Assembly (NCBI GenBank): GCA_048885525.1
Contig: JBHLLP010000002.1
Location: forward strand, 75,114 to 139,113
DNA: 64,000 nucleotides
Origin: Candidatus Hermodarchaeota archaeon
GTDB taxonomy: Archaea > Asgardarchaeota > Lokiarchaeia > Sigyniarchaeales > SOKP01
Reading direction: 5' to 3'
The notes under the pieces are model-generated. The model made no database searches. It saw nothing but the letters and a program-made list of their open reading frames with translations, and was not told the DNA's origin. Numbering within the stretch: position 1 is the first letter of the stretch; each line of letters opens with the position of its first letter. Below are positions 49,978 to 59,374 of this stretch, in pieces. A program made the translations under genes and the position numbers.

Positions 49978-51102
49978 ATGGAAAAATTAAAAATTGGAAT
50001 CATTGGATGCGGAATTATCTTTGATCTTAATATATTAGGTTATTTAGATCGCGATGATGTTGAGGTCACATGTCTATGCGATATTAAAAAAAGACATATT
50101 AAGGAGAAGATTGAGAAATTTAATCTAAAGTCTAACATTAAGCAATATTACAATTATAAAGAAATGCTTGACAACGAAAAAATCGATATTCTAGAAATTT
50201 TATTACCTCAATTTTTACATTCTGAGGTGACTCTTTATGCAGCTCAAAAAGATGTATTAGGAATAAGTGTACAGAAACCAATGGCAAACTCTATAAAAGA
50301 CTGTGATAAAATGATAAATGCTTGTAAGAAGAATAATGTAAAGCTAAAAATCTTTGAAAACTTCACTTTTTATCCACCAATTATCAGAGCGAAAGAATTA
50401 TTAGAAGAAGGAATTATTGGGGAAGTGAATTCAATTCATATTAAAACTCTTGAAGCAACTAAAGGGGGATGGGATATATCTACTACTACTTGGATATGGA
50501 GGTTAGATCCAAAATTGTGTGGAGGTGGATTGGAATGTGGATCGGCTTTTATATTTGATGATGGATTCCATAAATTTTGGTTAGCTTTGCATTTAATTGG
50601 GGCGAAAATTGAAAAAGTCTATGCATGGATTGACAGATTTAATAATTTGGATGTTCCTGCTTATATAATGTGGAAGTACTCCCCTCCAATGGATTCAGAT
50701 TTTTTTGTACCTACATATGGAAGTATGGAGTTTAATTATTCTCCCCACATGACTTTACCTAGTCCTTATTATCCTGAAGATGAATTTATATCTATTACTG
50801 GGTCAGATGGAATTATGTGGATAAATCAAGCAACTGCGGGAGGTAATATTATGTCTAAATCAGAAACTTTTCCTGCAATTGTTATCTTCCGAGATGGAAA
50901 ATTAGAGACCATTTCAGATATAGAACGAGATTGGAAGTATGGATTTATAAATTCTACTCACCACTTCATTGAAGCCCTAAAAAGCAATGGAGATCCAATA
51001 TTATCAGGTGAAGAAGGAAAATATACTACACAATTTGCTTTAGCAGCTTTGAAGTCATCTATAGTTGGAAAGGAAATCAACCCAAGCAATATTAGTGAAT
51101 AA
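49978..51102 (+). CDS. Gfo/Idh/MocA family oxidoreductase
   Basis: IGIIGCG, VQKPMA, DDGFH. Confidence 0.9.
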   Translation: MEKLKIGIIGCGIIFDLNILGYLDRDDVEVTCLCDIKKRHIKEKIEKFNLKSNIKQYYNYKEMLDNEKIDILEILLPQFLHSEVTLYAAQKDVLGISVQKPMANSIKDCDKMINACKKNNVKLKIFENFTFYPPIIRAKELLEEGIIGEVNSIHIKTLEATKGGWDISTTTWIWRLDPKLCGGGLECGSAFIFDDGFHKFWLALHLIGAKIEKVYAWIDRFNNLDVPAYIMWKYSPPMDSDFFVPTYGSMEFNYSPHMTLPSPYYPEDEFISITGSDGIMWINQATAGGNIMSKSETFPAIVIFRDGKLETISDIERDWKYGFINSTHHFIEALKSNGDPILSGEEGKYTTQFALAALKSSIVGKEINPSNISE

Positions 51103-51130
51103 TAAATATTTCGTTTTTAATGCAAGAATT

Positions 51131-51586
51131 TTACGATTCTTTTTCACGATCTCTTATAAATTTCTTTACAGGACGAAATATTAAATAATGCCCTTGTTGG
51201 TAAGTTTTTGTTCCATGTACAACTTTACCCAGCTTCGAACCAAAATAATACCAAAATAAATATGAAATGAATAAAAAACATGCAATAATTTCCATACCAT
51301 CTTGGTGAGTAATTTGGAAATCAATTCCGAATACTATAAAAGAATTCCATAAAAAATATCTACCACCTTCGATTTGTGGGATATTTACCCAAGGGAGGAA
51401 ATTTAACCATGACATATCAATGATATTAAAAAAAATTAAACTATCAATAGTCCACAGTACCAAGAGGAAAATTACTGCTAAAAAAACTATCCAATCTTTA
51501 TTCCGTTTACGTAAATATTTTCGATATAAGTAGGAATTTATCCAACCAACAATAAAACTCAGAATTAATCCTTCTACAAAACCCAT
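51131..51586 (-). CDS. Hypothetical membrane protein (about 3 TM)
   Basis: Hydrophobic helices; directly abuts the upstream SDR gene (TAA ATG). Confidence 0.75.
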   Translation of the reverse strand: MGFVEGLILSFIVGWINSYLYRKYLRKRNKDWIVFLAVIFLLVLWTIDSLIFFNIIDMSWLNFLPWVNIPQIEGGRYFLWNSFIVFGIDFQITHQDGMEIIACFLFISYLFWYYFGSKLGKVVHGTKTYQQGHYLIFRPVKKFIRDREKES

Positions 51587-52726
51587 TTAATTTTCACTCT
51601 CCAACCATTTTTTTTTAAGATACCATTCAACAGTATCTTTAGTAGCGCTTTTATAATCTGGAAACTTAAAGTTAAAACCTAAATCTTTAACTTTTTTATT
51701 AGAAAATAGATATTGATGAGTGGTATAACCCGCCATAGATAAATCAACAGGGGGTCTTGAGTTCAATTTTTTCGCCTTTTTATTTTTCCTTTCATTTAGC
51801 CAGTAAAGAAATTTCGAGAAAATCTTATAAAATGGCCACCACACGGGAAAATTGAAGTAATCAACATTTAGTAAATCTGCTAAATATTCAAGAAAATCTT
51901 CTTGAAAGCACGTATCTAAGATAAGATTATAAGCTTCACCTATTGATTGGTCATTTTCTGCTAAAAATATAGCCGATCTAACTAAATCTTCAACGTGAAT
52001 TAAAGGCATGGCTAAACGTTTCTTTTTAGGGTAGATATGAATGCCAGGTCCAAATCCTGACTTATTAACTATCTGCATTATATGAAAAACCCCATAGATT
52101 TGATATGGTCCCATTATAGGTGCAGGTCGTATAATCGTAGCTTTTAATCGATAATCATTAATATATTCATTTAAAACTTGTTCTTGTTCCATTTTACTAA
52201 TACTATAATTGTTTGGTGGGTTATAAGGTGCTATTTCATCCGTAGGAAGAGGATAGCCTTTCTTACTTTTTTGATACTTTGGTTCTCCGTAAATACCACA
52301 GGTACTCCAGTGAATAAGTCGTAGTTTATTTAAATCTTGTGTTGTACATATAATTTCAAGCAAATTTTGTATACCTCCTACGTTTATTTTTCTTAAAAGA
52401 TCTAGTTCAGCAAAATAATCATACAAGCTAGCCACATGGAAAACGATATCATATTGCTTGTCTTGAAATAAATTAATAAGTGTCCTTTTATCAGTTAAAT
52501 CAGCTGGGATAAATGAAATTCTTTTATTTTCTAATATTTCAGTCATATACTTAAATCTACTACTAAAGATTGTCTCCTTCGCCATTAATTCATTTCTTTT
52601 ATCAGGTGGTAAATCTGTGGCTATTATATTCCAATCTGGTTTTGTTTCTAATATTTCTTTTATAAGGAATGTTCCAGTATGCCCTTTTGCGCCATCAACT
52701 AACACTAATTTACTCATTTTTATCAT
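51587..52726 (-). CDS. Extended SDR, NAD-dependent epimerase/3-beta-HSD-like
   Basis: GAKGHTG, HVAS, INVGG, ST, YSISK (YxxxK), IRPA..GP. Confidence 0.88.
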   Translation of the reverse strand: MIKMSKLVLVDGAKGHTGTFLIKEILETKPDWNIIATDLPPDKRNELMAKETIFSSRFKYMTEILENKRISFIPADLTDKRTLINLFQDKQYDIVFHVASLYDYFAELDLLRKINVGGIQNLLEIICTTQDLNKLRLIHWSTCGIYGEPKYQKSKKGYPLPTDEIAPYNPPNNYSISKMEQEQVLNEYINDYRLKATIIRPAPIMGPYQIYGVFHIMQIVNKSGFGPGIHIYPKKKRLAMPLIHVEDLVRSAIFLAENDQSIGEAYNLILDTCFQEDFLEYLADLLNVDYFNFPVWWPFYKIFSKFLYWLNERKNKKAKKLNSRPPVDLSMAGYTTHQYLFSNKKVKDLGFNFKFPDYKSATKDTVEWYLKKKWLESEN

Positions 52727-52759
52727 TTTAAAGAATTAATTTAATCTTTTTTATTTTGT

Positions 52760-53221
52760 TTAAATATGTACAACATACTCACAAATCTTATCACCTGCAC
52801 CTATTGATTTCAACATCTCAGCCTTAACAGGCTTTTTAAGCAATGTTTTGAAAATTGTTTTTACCCAACCTAAAGAGCAATAACAAAATGTACTATTTAA
52901 GTCTATTAATTTGTTTCTAACAAGAGGACAACCGCATTCATTACACATAGATCTAATGAAATTGCCTTTTAAATTCCATTTACCGCACCACGGAATTTGA
53001 ATATTGATTTTCTCAATAATTTCTTCAATAGAAGTCGTTTCTTCAGAAATTTTTTTGGCAATTTCAAAACTTCCTGCTATTGCACACGCTTCTCCACTTT
53101 TTTCCATTATTTTCCTTCTTTCTAATATACTTAATTCTTCCATACCATTAATAATAGAATTTATAACTCTACTAGACCTCTCTAATAATGCTTTTTTACT
53201 GTTATATTTGTTAAACATCAA
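52760..53221 (-). CDS. Cys-rich V4R-like hypothetical protein (DUF6144-like)
   Basis: GEACA, CGCP, FCYCSLGW, G...CEY. Confidence 0.7.
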   Translation of the reverse strand: MMFNKYNSKKALLERSSRVINSIINGMEELSILERRKIMEKSGEACAIAGSFEIAKKISEETTSIEEIIEKINIQIPWCGKWNLKGNFIRSMCNECGCPLVRNKLIDLNSTFCYCSLGWVKTIFKTLLKKPVKAEMLKSIGAGDKICEYVVHI

Positions 53222-53372
53222 TTATTCAGCCTCTCTCTTGAATTTTAAATCATTAATGATTATAACATTTGGTATTTTAATCTATGAAGATTTTGATTTA
53301 ATGATTTAATTATAAATAATTCATAGAGTTAAAAAAAATCTACTTTCATGCCATTATTCCTATTGAATTTAA

Positions 53373-53410
53373 GATATATTATCGTAGTATTATATCGATA
53401 TATTATATCG
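53373..53410. promoter_or_regulatory. Repeat/palindrome array upstream of the RHH gene (candidate operator)
   Basis: TATTATATCG at 53388 and 53401; perfect palindrome CGATATA-T-TATATCG at 53396-53410. Confidence 0.55.
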
Positions 53411-53476
53411 TTAAATTGTGTAAATTATAACAAAAACAATAAGTTTAGAATATTAAAAGGGGTTTTATAAAAAAAA

Positions 53477-53635
53477 ATGAAATTAATAACGTGTCATATT
53501 CCCGAAGCGTATCTAAGTGGAATAGAAGAGTTAGTTAACATGAACCTTTATCCCAATCGTTCAGAAGTAATTCGTGTTGCTATACGTGATTTACTGAAAA
53601 CTGAACTCAGTTCGCTTTTGAGAAAAAAGGAATAA
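53477..53635 (+). CDS. Ribbon-helix-helix regulator (CopG/CdrS-like), 52 aa
   Basis: Below the track cut-off; MKLITCHIPEAYLSGIEELVNMNLYPNRSEVIRVAIRDLL. Confidence 0.9.
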   Translation: MKLITCHIPEAYLSGIEELVNMNLYPNRSEVIRVAIRDLLKTELSSLLRKKE

Positions 53636-53745
53636 ATTACCCTTTTTTTCTCCTTTCTTTTTCATAATACTTGGGATTAAAGTGATATTTAGAGTTTTTA
53701 ATTTCCCTTTTGAGTGACTGTATACTTTTCCTACTTACAGTTTAT

Positions 53746-54579
53746 TCATAAAATTGCTAGACTAAATGCCATAATAAGCATCCCAATAATAATACCTATT
53801 ATTGAGTAATGCTCTTTAGCTAGTGAACGTGAGATGGGCAATAATTCATCTAATGAGATATAAACCATTATTCCGCCAACAGCACCTAACATAGCATTTA
53901 ATACATAATCATTGATAAAGGGAAAAAGAATCAACCATGTTATTATTGCCCCTAAGGGTTCGCTCATTCCTGATATAAAGGACCATTTAAAAGCTTTCTT
54001 CTTATTTAAAGTGCAAGCATAAATCGGAACTGCAACAGCAATTCCTTCCGGTATATTATGTAAAGCTATGGCTAAAGTGAGCAAAACTCCAAGTTGAACA
54101 TGGGTTAATGTCCCTATGAACGTTGCCATACCCTCTGGAAAATTATGGATAAAAACTCCAAAGAATATAAATATTGAACTCTTTACCAGGTTAACTTCTT
54201 TTTTTTCTCCATGATGTTGATGACGATGTCTATGACGATGCCCATAATGAAGATGTGGTTTAGTCTGGCCATTAGCATTTATCAAAATTTCAATTGAGTC
54301 TTCAAACTCATATTCATGGGAAACTACAACATCAATGATAAACATTATTAGCATCCCTATGAAGAAAAATAAAAGTCCCATTTCGAAACCAATAGTTTCT
54401 ATGCTCTCTGGGAGTAATTCAACAAAAGAAATTAAGATCATAACTCCTGCGGAGAATCCCATAATAAATGATATAAATTTTGGACTTGGTTTTTTAATAA
54501 AAAATGCAAGAAAACTGCCAATTGAGGTAGATAAACCTGCAATGAAACTTAACAATAAACCAAGTATTATAAGTTCCAT
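53746..54579 (-). CDS. zupT: ZIP-family metal transporter
   Basis: HNFPEG, HNIPEG, SGMSEP, GIMVYISLDELLP; His-rich loop. Confidence 0.93.
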   Translation of the reverse strand: MELIILGLLLSFIAGLSTSIGSFLAFFIKKPSPKFISFIMGFSAGVMILISFVELLPESIETIGFEMGLLFFFIGMLIMFIIDVVVSHEYEFEDSIEILINANGQTKPHLHYGHRHRHRHQHHGEKKEVNLVKSSIFIFFGVFIHNFPEGMATFIGTLTHVQLGVLLTLAIALHNIPEGIAVAVPIYACTLNKKKAFKWSFISGMSEPLGAIITWLILFPFINDYVLNAMLGAVGGIMVYISLDELLPISRSLAKEHYSIIGIIIGMLIMAFSLAIL

Positions 54580-54958
54580 TTTTTGTCCCTATCCTTATTT
54601 TATATAACTAAATGATTATTTGGGAATGAAAAACGATATATATTAATAATTCTTCAAACATTTTTATTCTTATATCAATAATATTTTACTTTTTATAATT
54701 AAAAGAATATATTATTTAGCCTTATCTAAATGGAAAAAAAATTCTTCATATTTAAAGATTATGAGAAGTATATTTATAAATCTAAGAAATAAAATTGTTG
54801 AAATTAATAATATACGTAAAGATTCTTCATATAGAATCAGAAAAGTATACAATTGAATCTCGATCGTAAAAAAATTCTTAGTTGTAAATATTGCTTGATA
54901 TTATAATAATAATTATTCATTTTCTTAAATAAGTATATTAATTATATTGTGATTTATT

Positions 54959-55459
54959 ATGAAAAAAGTGAGTGATGCCGATAAATTGTTCTATTTTGAA
55001 AAGAACTTCTTTACTATGGATGGTGTGTGGATGCTAGAAACTGAAAAAGTGGTAGGTTGGGATGTTGCTCTTGAAATCGATAGAAATGTTTGGGTAAGGC
55101 TCATGAGAATTATATTCAGAAGAATTAAACAATATTTAAATATTCAAACAAATAACCTAAATGATCTAGTGGAAATCATCACGTTTAGATGGTCTATAGA
55201 AGGATGGAAATATTTTGTTAATACTATTTCTGATTCAGAAGTTGTTATTGAAATAAAAGAATGCCCTTATAAAGCAATTATGGACAGAAATCCAGAGCGG
55301 CAAGATAGAATACCCTTAATATGTAAAAATATGTGTTTCCCTTTTTATAATGCAGCTTTTAAAGAATTCAATCCAAAAATAAAATTTGAAAGAAAAAAGT
55401 CAATGGGTTTAGGAGATAATAAGTGTGATTTTTGTTTTAAATTAGTTGGTGATTCTTAA
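54959..55459 (+). CDS. V4R/ATC-hydrolase-like protein (DUF6125-like)
   Basis: DGVW, ECPY, C...C, F..FNP, G...CDF. Confidence 0.7.
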   Translation: MKKVSDADKLFYFEKNFFTMDGVWMLETEKVVGWDVALEIDRNVWVRLMRIIFRRIKQYLNIQTNNLNDLVEIITFRWSIEGWKYFVNTISDSEVVIEIKECPYKAIMDRNPERQDRIPLICKNMCFPFYNAAFKEFNPKIKFERKKSMGLGDNKCDFCFKLVGDS

Positions 55460-55466
55460 ATTTAAA

Positions 55467-57353
55467 TTAATTATGATAAAGAGTTTCAAAGTGTTTAATC
55501 TGATTTCTTGTGTCTGAGATTATGAAATTCATTTCATCCTCTGTCAATAGATACAATTCAAAAATCAAGCCATCAATTTCTCTTAGTACATCATAAAATT
55601 TTTTATTATTAATTCTGTTACGTCCATTTAATATGGTATTTATTTTATCTACTTTTTCGACAATCTGGTGCTTAATACTTGAGTTAGGTTTAACGATTGG
55701 TAGATGTCTTATCATATATTGGTTCAAGTTAATAGTAGTATCCTTCTGATTATTAATTCCGTAGATACAATAAAAATGAATTAAACTCGAATTGAGAACA
55801 GCACATAAATATTTTAACTCATCATAATCGTTATGAAGTAATGAATAAATTGATGAAGTAAAGCAAACAACATCTTCTGTATAAATTGCTGCTGGAGTAA
55901 TATTATTGTGTTTTATTAACAATTTTGGATTTTTATAGTATTCATAATTAACACCTTTTAAAGTCTTAGGATCTAAATCTTCAATATTAAATGATTTTAT
56001 CTTTCTGAATTTATAATAATTAAAATCATTTCTAGCACTGATAAAGAAGCAAGAACCATTTGTATCGTCTCTTAATTTTCTTTTTACTAATCTAAGTCCG
56101 TTTTCTTCTTCTCCTCGAATCATTTTTGGATAATCTATAGGATTTAGATAATTTAAATCTCCGATCCGCTCAATCTTATCGATTATTGCATATATTTCCT
56201 CATTCGGTTTAATTCTAATCCGATTCAATTCAAACGTCTTTGATTTACAAAAAGGACACTTCTTCTTGAAAGTATATATATATAGTTTTTTAGATTTTAC
56301 ACTAATAGAACAATTTAAGTTAAAACAAATTCTTAAGGAGTCTACTTTTTGATTTGTATAAGTTATTCTTTTTTTGTTTGGATAATCATAAATATTTAAA
56401 TCTCTAATTTTATCTCCATTTTTATTTTCATATAATATAATTTGCACTTCATTTGTGGCTGTTTTAAACATTTTGGAGCCAATATCAAAAATTTTTAAGA
56501 TATTTGCTCGAGAAAGAAAATTATATCTAAAATTAATATAACTTTGTCTTAGGAGAAAACTTTTTGGAACCAGGAAGCCTATTACATCGCTGCTCCACTC
56601 TAAAGCTTTTAATAAGAATGCACAGTAAATATCCTTATAGAAAATATTTTCTTTTTTTAGAATTTTTTTCTCATCTTGAGTTAAAATATTTCCATAAGGA
56701 GGGTTTCCTATAAGCATATTAAATTTGGGAAAATCTGAATTTATAATACTATTTTTTTGTCTTAAATTTAACTTCAATATTGATGATAATTCTTCTACAT
56801 TATAATCTGACTTTCTATGATACCATCTAAGAAGTTTTAATATACCTAATTTAATTGCATACTCATTAATATCATATCCAAATAAGTTCTTTAGTATCTG
56901 ATTCTTGATACCTAGTTCAGTTAGGTTTAAATTTAGTTTTCTTAAAATTGAAAAAATTATTTCAGCGGAACTTAAGAGAAATTCCCCAGAACCACATGCG
57001 GGGTCACAAATTTTAATATTTAATAATAATTCTTTCAATTTATGTTTAAATTCAAAATCAAGTGTGAAAATCTCATCAATTTCATTTAATTTCTTAAAAT
57101 CTTGACCTTGATTATTCAATTTTTTGTTAATTAAACAAAGTAGTGTTTCAGACACAATATAATCTGAAATTTCTTTCTTTGTATAAAACATTCCCTCTTT
57201 TTTTCGTTTACTGTAACTGCTTAAGAAATATCCTTCAAATTCATCAATTGAAGGAAATAATTTAATAAGATGTTGATAATCATTATTTCTTATAGATCTA
57301 TCGAATAATCCAATGAATTCGTTGAATTTTTTAAAATTTTCTTGATATACCAT
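55467..57353 (-). CDS. N6-adenine DNA methyltransferase (gamma class, TaqI-like C-terminal TRD), no adjacent endonuclease
   Basis: GMFYT, ICDPACGSGEFL, GYDIN, IGNPPY, YLCAVLNS, LPI. Confidence 0.88.
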   Translation of the reverse strand: MVYQENFKKFNEFIGLFDRSIRNNDYQHLIKLFPSIDEFEGYFLSSYSKRKKEGMFYTKKEISDYIVSETLLCLINKKLNNQGQDFKKLNEIDEIFTLDFEFKHKLKELLLNIKICDPACGSGEFLLSSAEIIFSILRKLNLNLTELGIKNQILKNLFGYDINEYAIKLGILKLLRWYHRKSDYNVEELSSILKLNLRQKNSIINSDFPKFNMLIGNPPYGNILTQDEKKILKKENIFYKDIYCAFLLKALEWSSDVIGFLVPKSFLLRQSYINFRYNFLSRANILKIFDIGSKMFKTATNEVQIILYENKNGDKIRDLNIYDYPNKKRITYTNQKVDSLRICFNLNCSISVKSKKLYIYTFKKKCPFCKSKTFELNRIRIKPNEEIYAIIDKIERIGDLNYLNPIDYPKMIRGEEENGLRLVKRKLRDDTNGSCFFISARNDFNYYKFRKIKSFNIEDLDPKTLKGVNYEYYKNPKLLIKHNNITPAAIYTEDVVCFTSSIYSLLHNDYDELKYLCAVLNSSLIHFYCIYGINNQKDTTINLNQYMIRHLPIVKPNSSIKHQIVEKVDKINTILNGRNRINNKKFYDVLREIDGLIFELYLLTEDEMNFIISDTRNQIKHFETLYHN

Positions 57354-57474
57354 TTCTATATTTTTAAAATACTTTCGTGTATCATCTATTATTTAAAATT
57401 TAATATATTTTATTGTTTATATGATATTTTCTCTATATTTTTATATGTAAATTTATTTAATATAATAGGAGAAT

Positions 57475-57969
57475 ATGACTAGTGATAAAGAGGAAGAAAA
57501 GGACTATTACGGAGTTGCTCCAATAGGTTCAGTTGTTAAAAAGATGAAGAAGGAATATGATAAAGATCGAAAAGATTGGAGAGTCATAGGATCTAAAGAT
57601 AAAGATGGTAATTTAGATACATTTATTACTAAAAAACCAAATGCTTTTTGGTTAAAATCAAAACAATTAAGTCCTTATTCTGCTTTAAGTATGGGTACAG
57701 TTGTCAGAAATCTAGATAAAGATATTGATGAAAAAGTTGGGAAAAAGATGTCACGAAACGAAATGCTGCGCTTATTTGGTATGATTGTTCCTATTAAGAA
57801 AGATCAAAATGTTATCGCTGCTGGAATTGAAAAATATTCTCAAGAACATGGTGATTATTTAAAGAAATTAATAAGTGAACGAGACCCAAATGTCGGTCCA
57901 GCATTGGGAAGGCGAATTGATAAGGAATTTTCCAAAAAGCACCCGCAAAGACGGGGTTTATATATCTAA
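57475..57969 (+). CDS. Hypothetical protein
   Basis: 164-aa ORF with SD-like AGGAG; no motif recognised. Confidence 0.75.
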   Translation: MTSDKEEEKDYYGVAPIGSVVKKMKKEYDKDRKDWRVIGSKDKDGNLDTFITKKPNAFWLKSKQLSPYSALSMGTVVRNLDKDIDEKVGKKMSRNEMLRLFGMIVPIKKDQNVIAAGIEKYSQEHGDYLKKLISERDPNVGPALGRRIDKEFSKKHPQRRGLYI

Positions 57970-58025
57970 AAAACTGAGACTCAGAAAAAGAAGCTTAGAT
58001 TGAATTTATATTTATAATAAAAAAC

Positions 58026-58436
58026 TCATACTTTGTCTTTTAACTTACTTAACTCTTCTTTACTTTTGATAAGAAAATCTTTATTTGCGGTATATTTGTT
58101 AGTATTATTTAATAATTCTTCAATTACCGCATGAATTAAATCAGAACCTGATTTTCCCGTGCCTCCAGCAAATTCTTTTAGTAAAGGTACTTTCAAATCT
58201 TCGATATAAAAAGTAACTCCTTTGGAAATTTCTTCCATCATTAATTGATAAGCAAAATCTGCTCCTTTTTCTCCTTTTATTAAAGGATCATCAGGATCTT
58301 CAAAAGTATAAGAAACTTCTAGCCATCTATCGCCAGCAGTTGGTACTATTCCATAAATATAGTCCGTTGTATAAATCCATAATGGTGTTCCATTATCGAA
58401 AGAAGAATCTACAATTGCTTTAAATTCCTCACTCAT
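58026..58436 (-). CDS. Hypothetical protein
   Basis: 136-aa acidic ORF; no motif recognised. Confidence 0.75.
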   Translation of the reverse strand: MSEEFKAIVDSSFDNGTPLWIYTTDYIYGIVPTAGDRWLEVSYTFEDPDDPLIKGEKGADFAYQLMMEEISKGVTFYIEDLKVPLLKEFAGGTGKSGSDLIHAVIEELLNNTNKYTANKDFLIKSKEELSKLKDKV

Positions 58437-58596
58437 TCTAGATCATTGATAATAAATTTAATTTAATTATACTCTAGTAGAATAAATTAAGTTAGTATTT
58501 TTATTTTTATAATTATAAAATTTTTATTTTAATTTTATCTTTTAAGTTTATGCTTAAGAAAAAGGGTGTTAATTAAAAACATTTTTGAAAAAGATT

Positions 58597-59370
58597 ATGA
58601 GAAAATTAAATTATAAACAGATTATTTATGAAATTCAAAACTGGATAAGAGATTATGTTAATTCTGCTAAAGTTGAAGGTATAGTAGTAGGAATTAGTGG
58701 GGGTATTGATAGTTCTGTTACTTCATCTTTATGTGTTAAAGCTCTTGGAAGGGAGAAAGTTATTGGGTTAGGACTACCTTGTTCATCAGTTTTACAAGAT
58801 TTAAAGGATGCGGAAAAAATGGCTGAAATCTTAGGAATTAAGTTTATCCAAATAGAATTAACAAGCGTTTATACTGAATTTATAAAGGTAACAGAAGCTC
58901 TTTTTGAATCTAATCAAATAGCAACAGCAAATTTAAAACCTCGATTAAGGATGATGGCGCTTTATTTTGTGGGTCAATCACTAGGGAAATTTTTAGTTGC
59001 TGGTACAAGCAATAGAACCGAGTTAGCAATTGGTTATTTCACCAAATATGGTGATGGAGGTGTCGATTTTGAACCGATAGGAGGACTCTATAAATGTGAA
59101 GTAAGAAAGGTTGCTAAACTATTAAATATTCCAGAAGAAATCATTAAAAAACCACCAAGCGCTGGATTATGGGAAGGGCAAACTGATGAAGGTGAAATTG
59201 GTATAACTTATGATGTTTTGGATGAAATAATCTTCAGGATTGATAATAATTTATATTTAGATGGTTTAAACAACGATCAAGTAAAGAAAGTTAAAAGCAT
59301 GATAAAATCAGCAAAACATAAAAATGAGATGCCTCCTTTCTTCAAAATAAAAAATCAATCATATGAATAA
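58597..59370 (+). CDS. nadE: NH3-dependent NAD+ synthetase
   Basis: GISGGIDS, NLKPRLRM, GYFTKYGDG, PSAGLW.GQTDE. Confidence 0.96.
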   Translation: MRKLNYKQIIYEIQNWIRDYVNSAKVEGIVVGISGGIDSSVTSSLCVKALGREKVIGLGLPCSSVLQDLKDAEKMAEILGIKFIQIELTSVYTEFIKVTEALFESNQIATANLKPRLRMMALYFVGQSLGKFLVAGTSNRTELAIGYFTKYGDGGVDFEPIGGLYKCEVRKVAKLLNIPEEIIKKPPSAGLWEGQTDEGEIGITYDVLDEIIFRIDNNLYLDGLNNDQVKKVKSMIKSAKHKNEMPPFFKIKNQSYE

Positions 59371-59374
59371 AGCG

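Noticed and set aside
54730-54856. 41-codon ORF and repeated ATTCTTCATAT in the zupT spacer
   Set aside because: No SD or motif; expected by chance in AT-rich DNA
55467-57969. Complete restriction-modification or defence island
   Set aside because: No recognisable endonuclease, helicase or specificity subunit; neighbours look housekeeping
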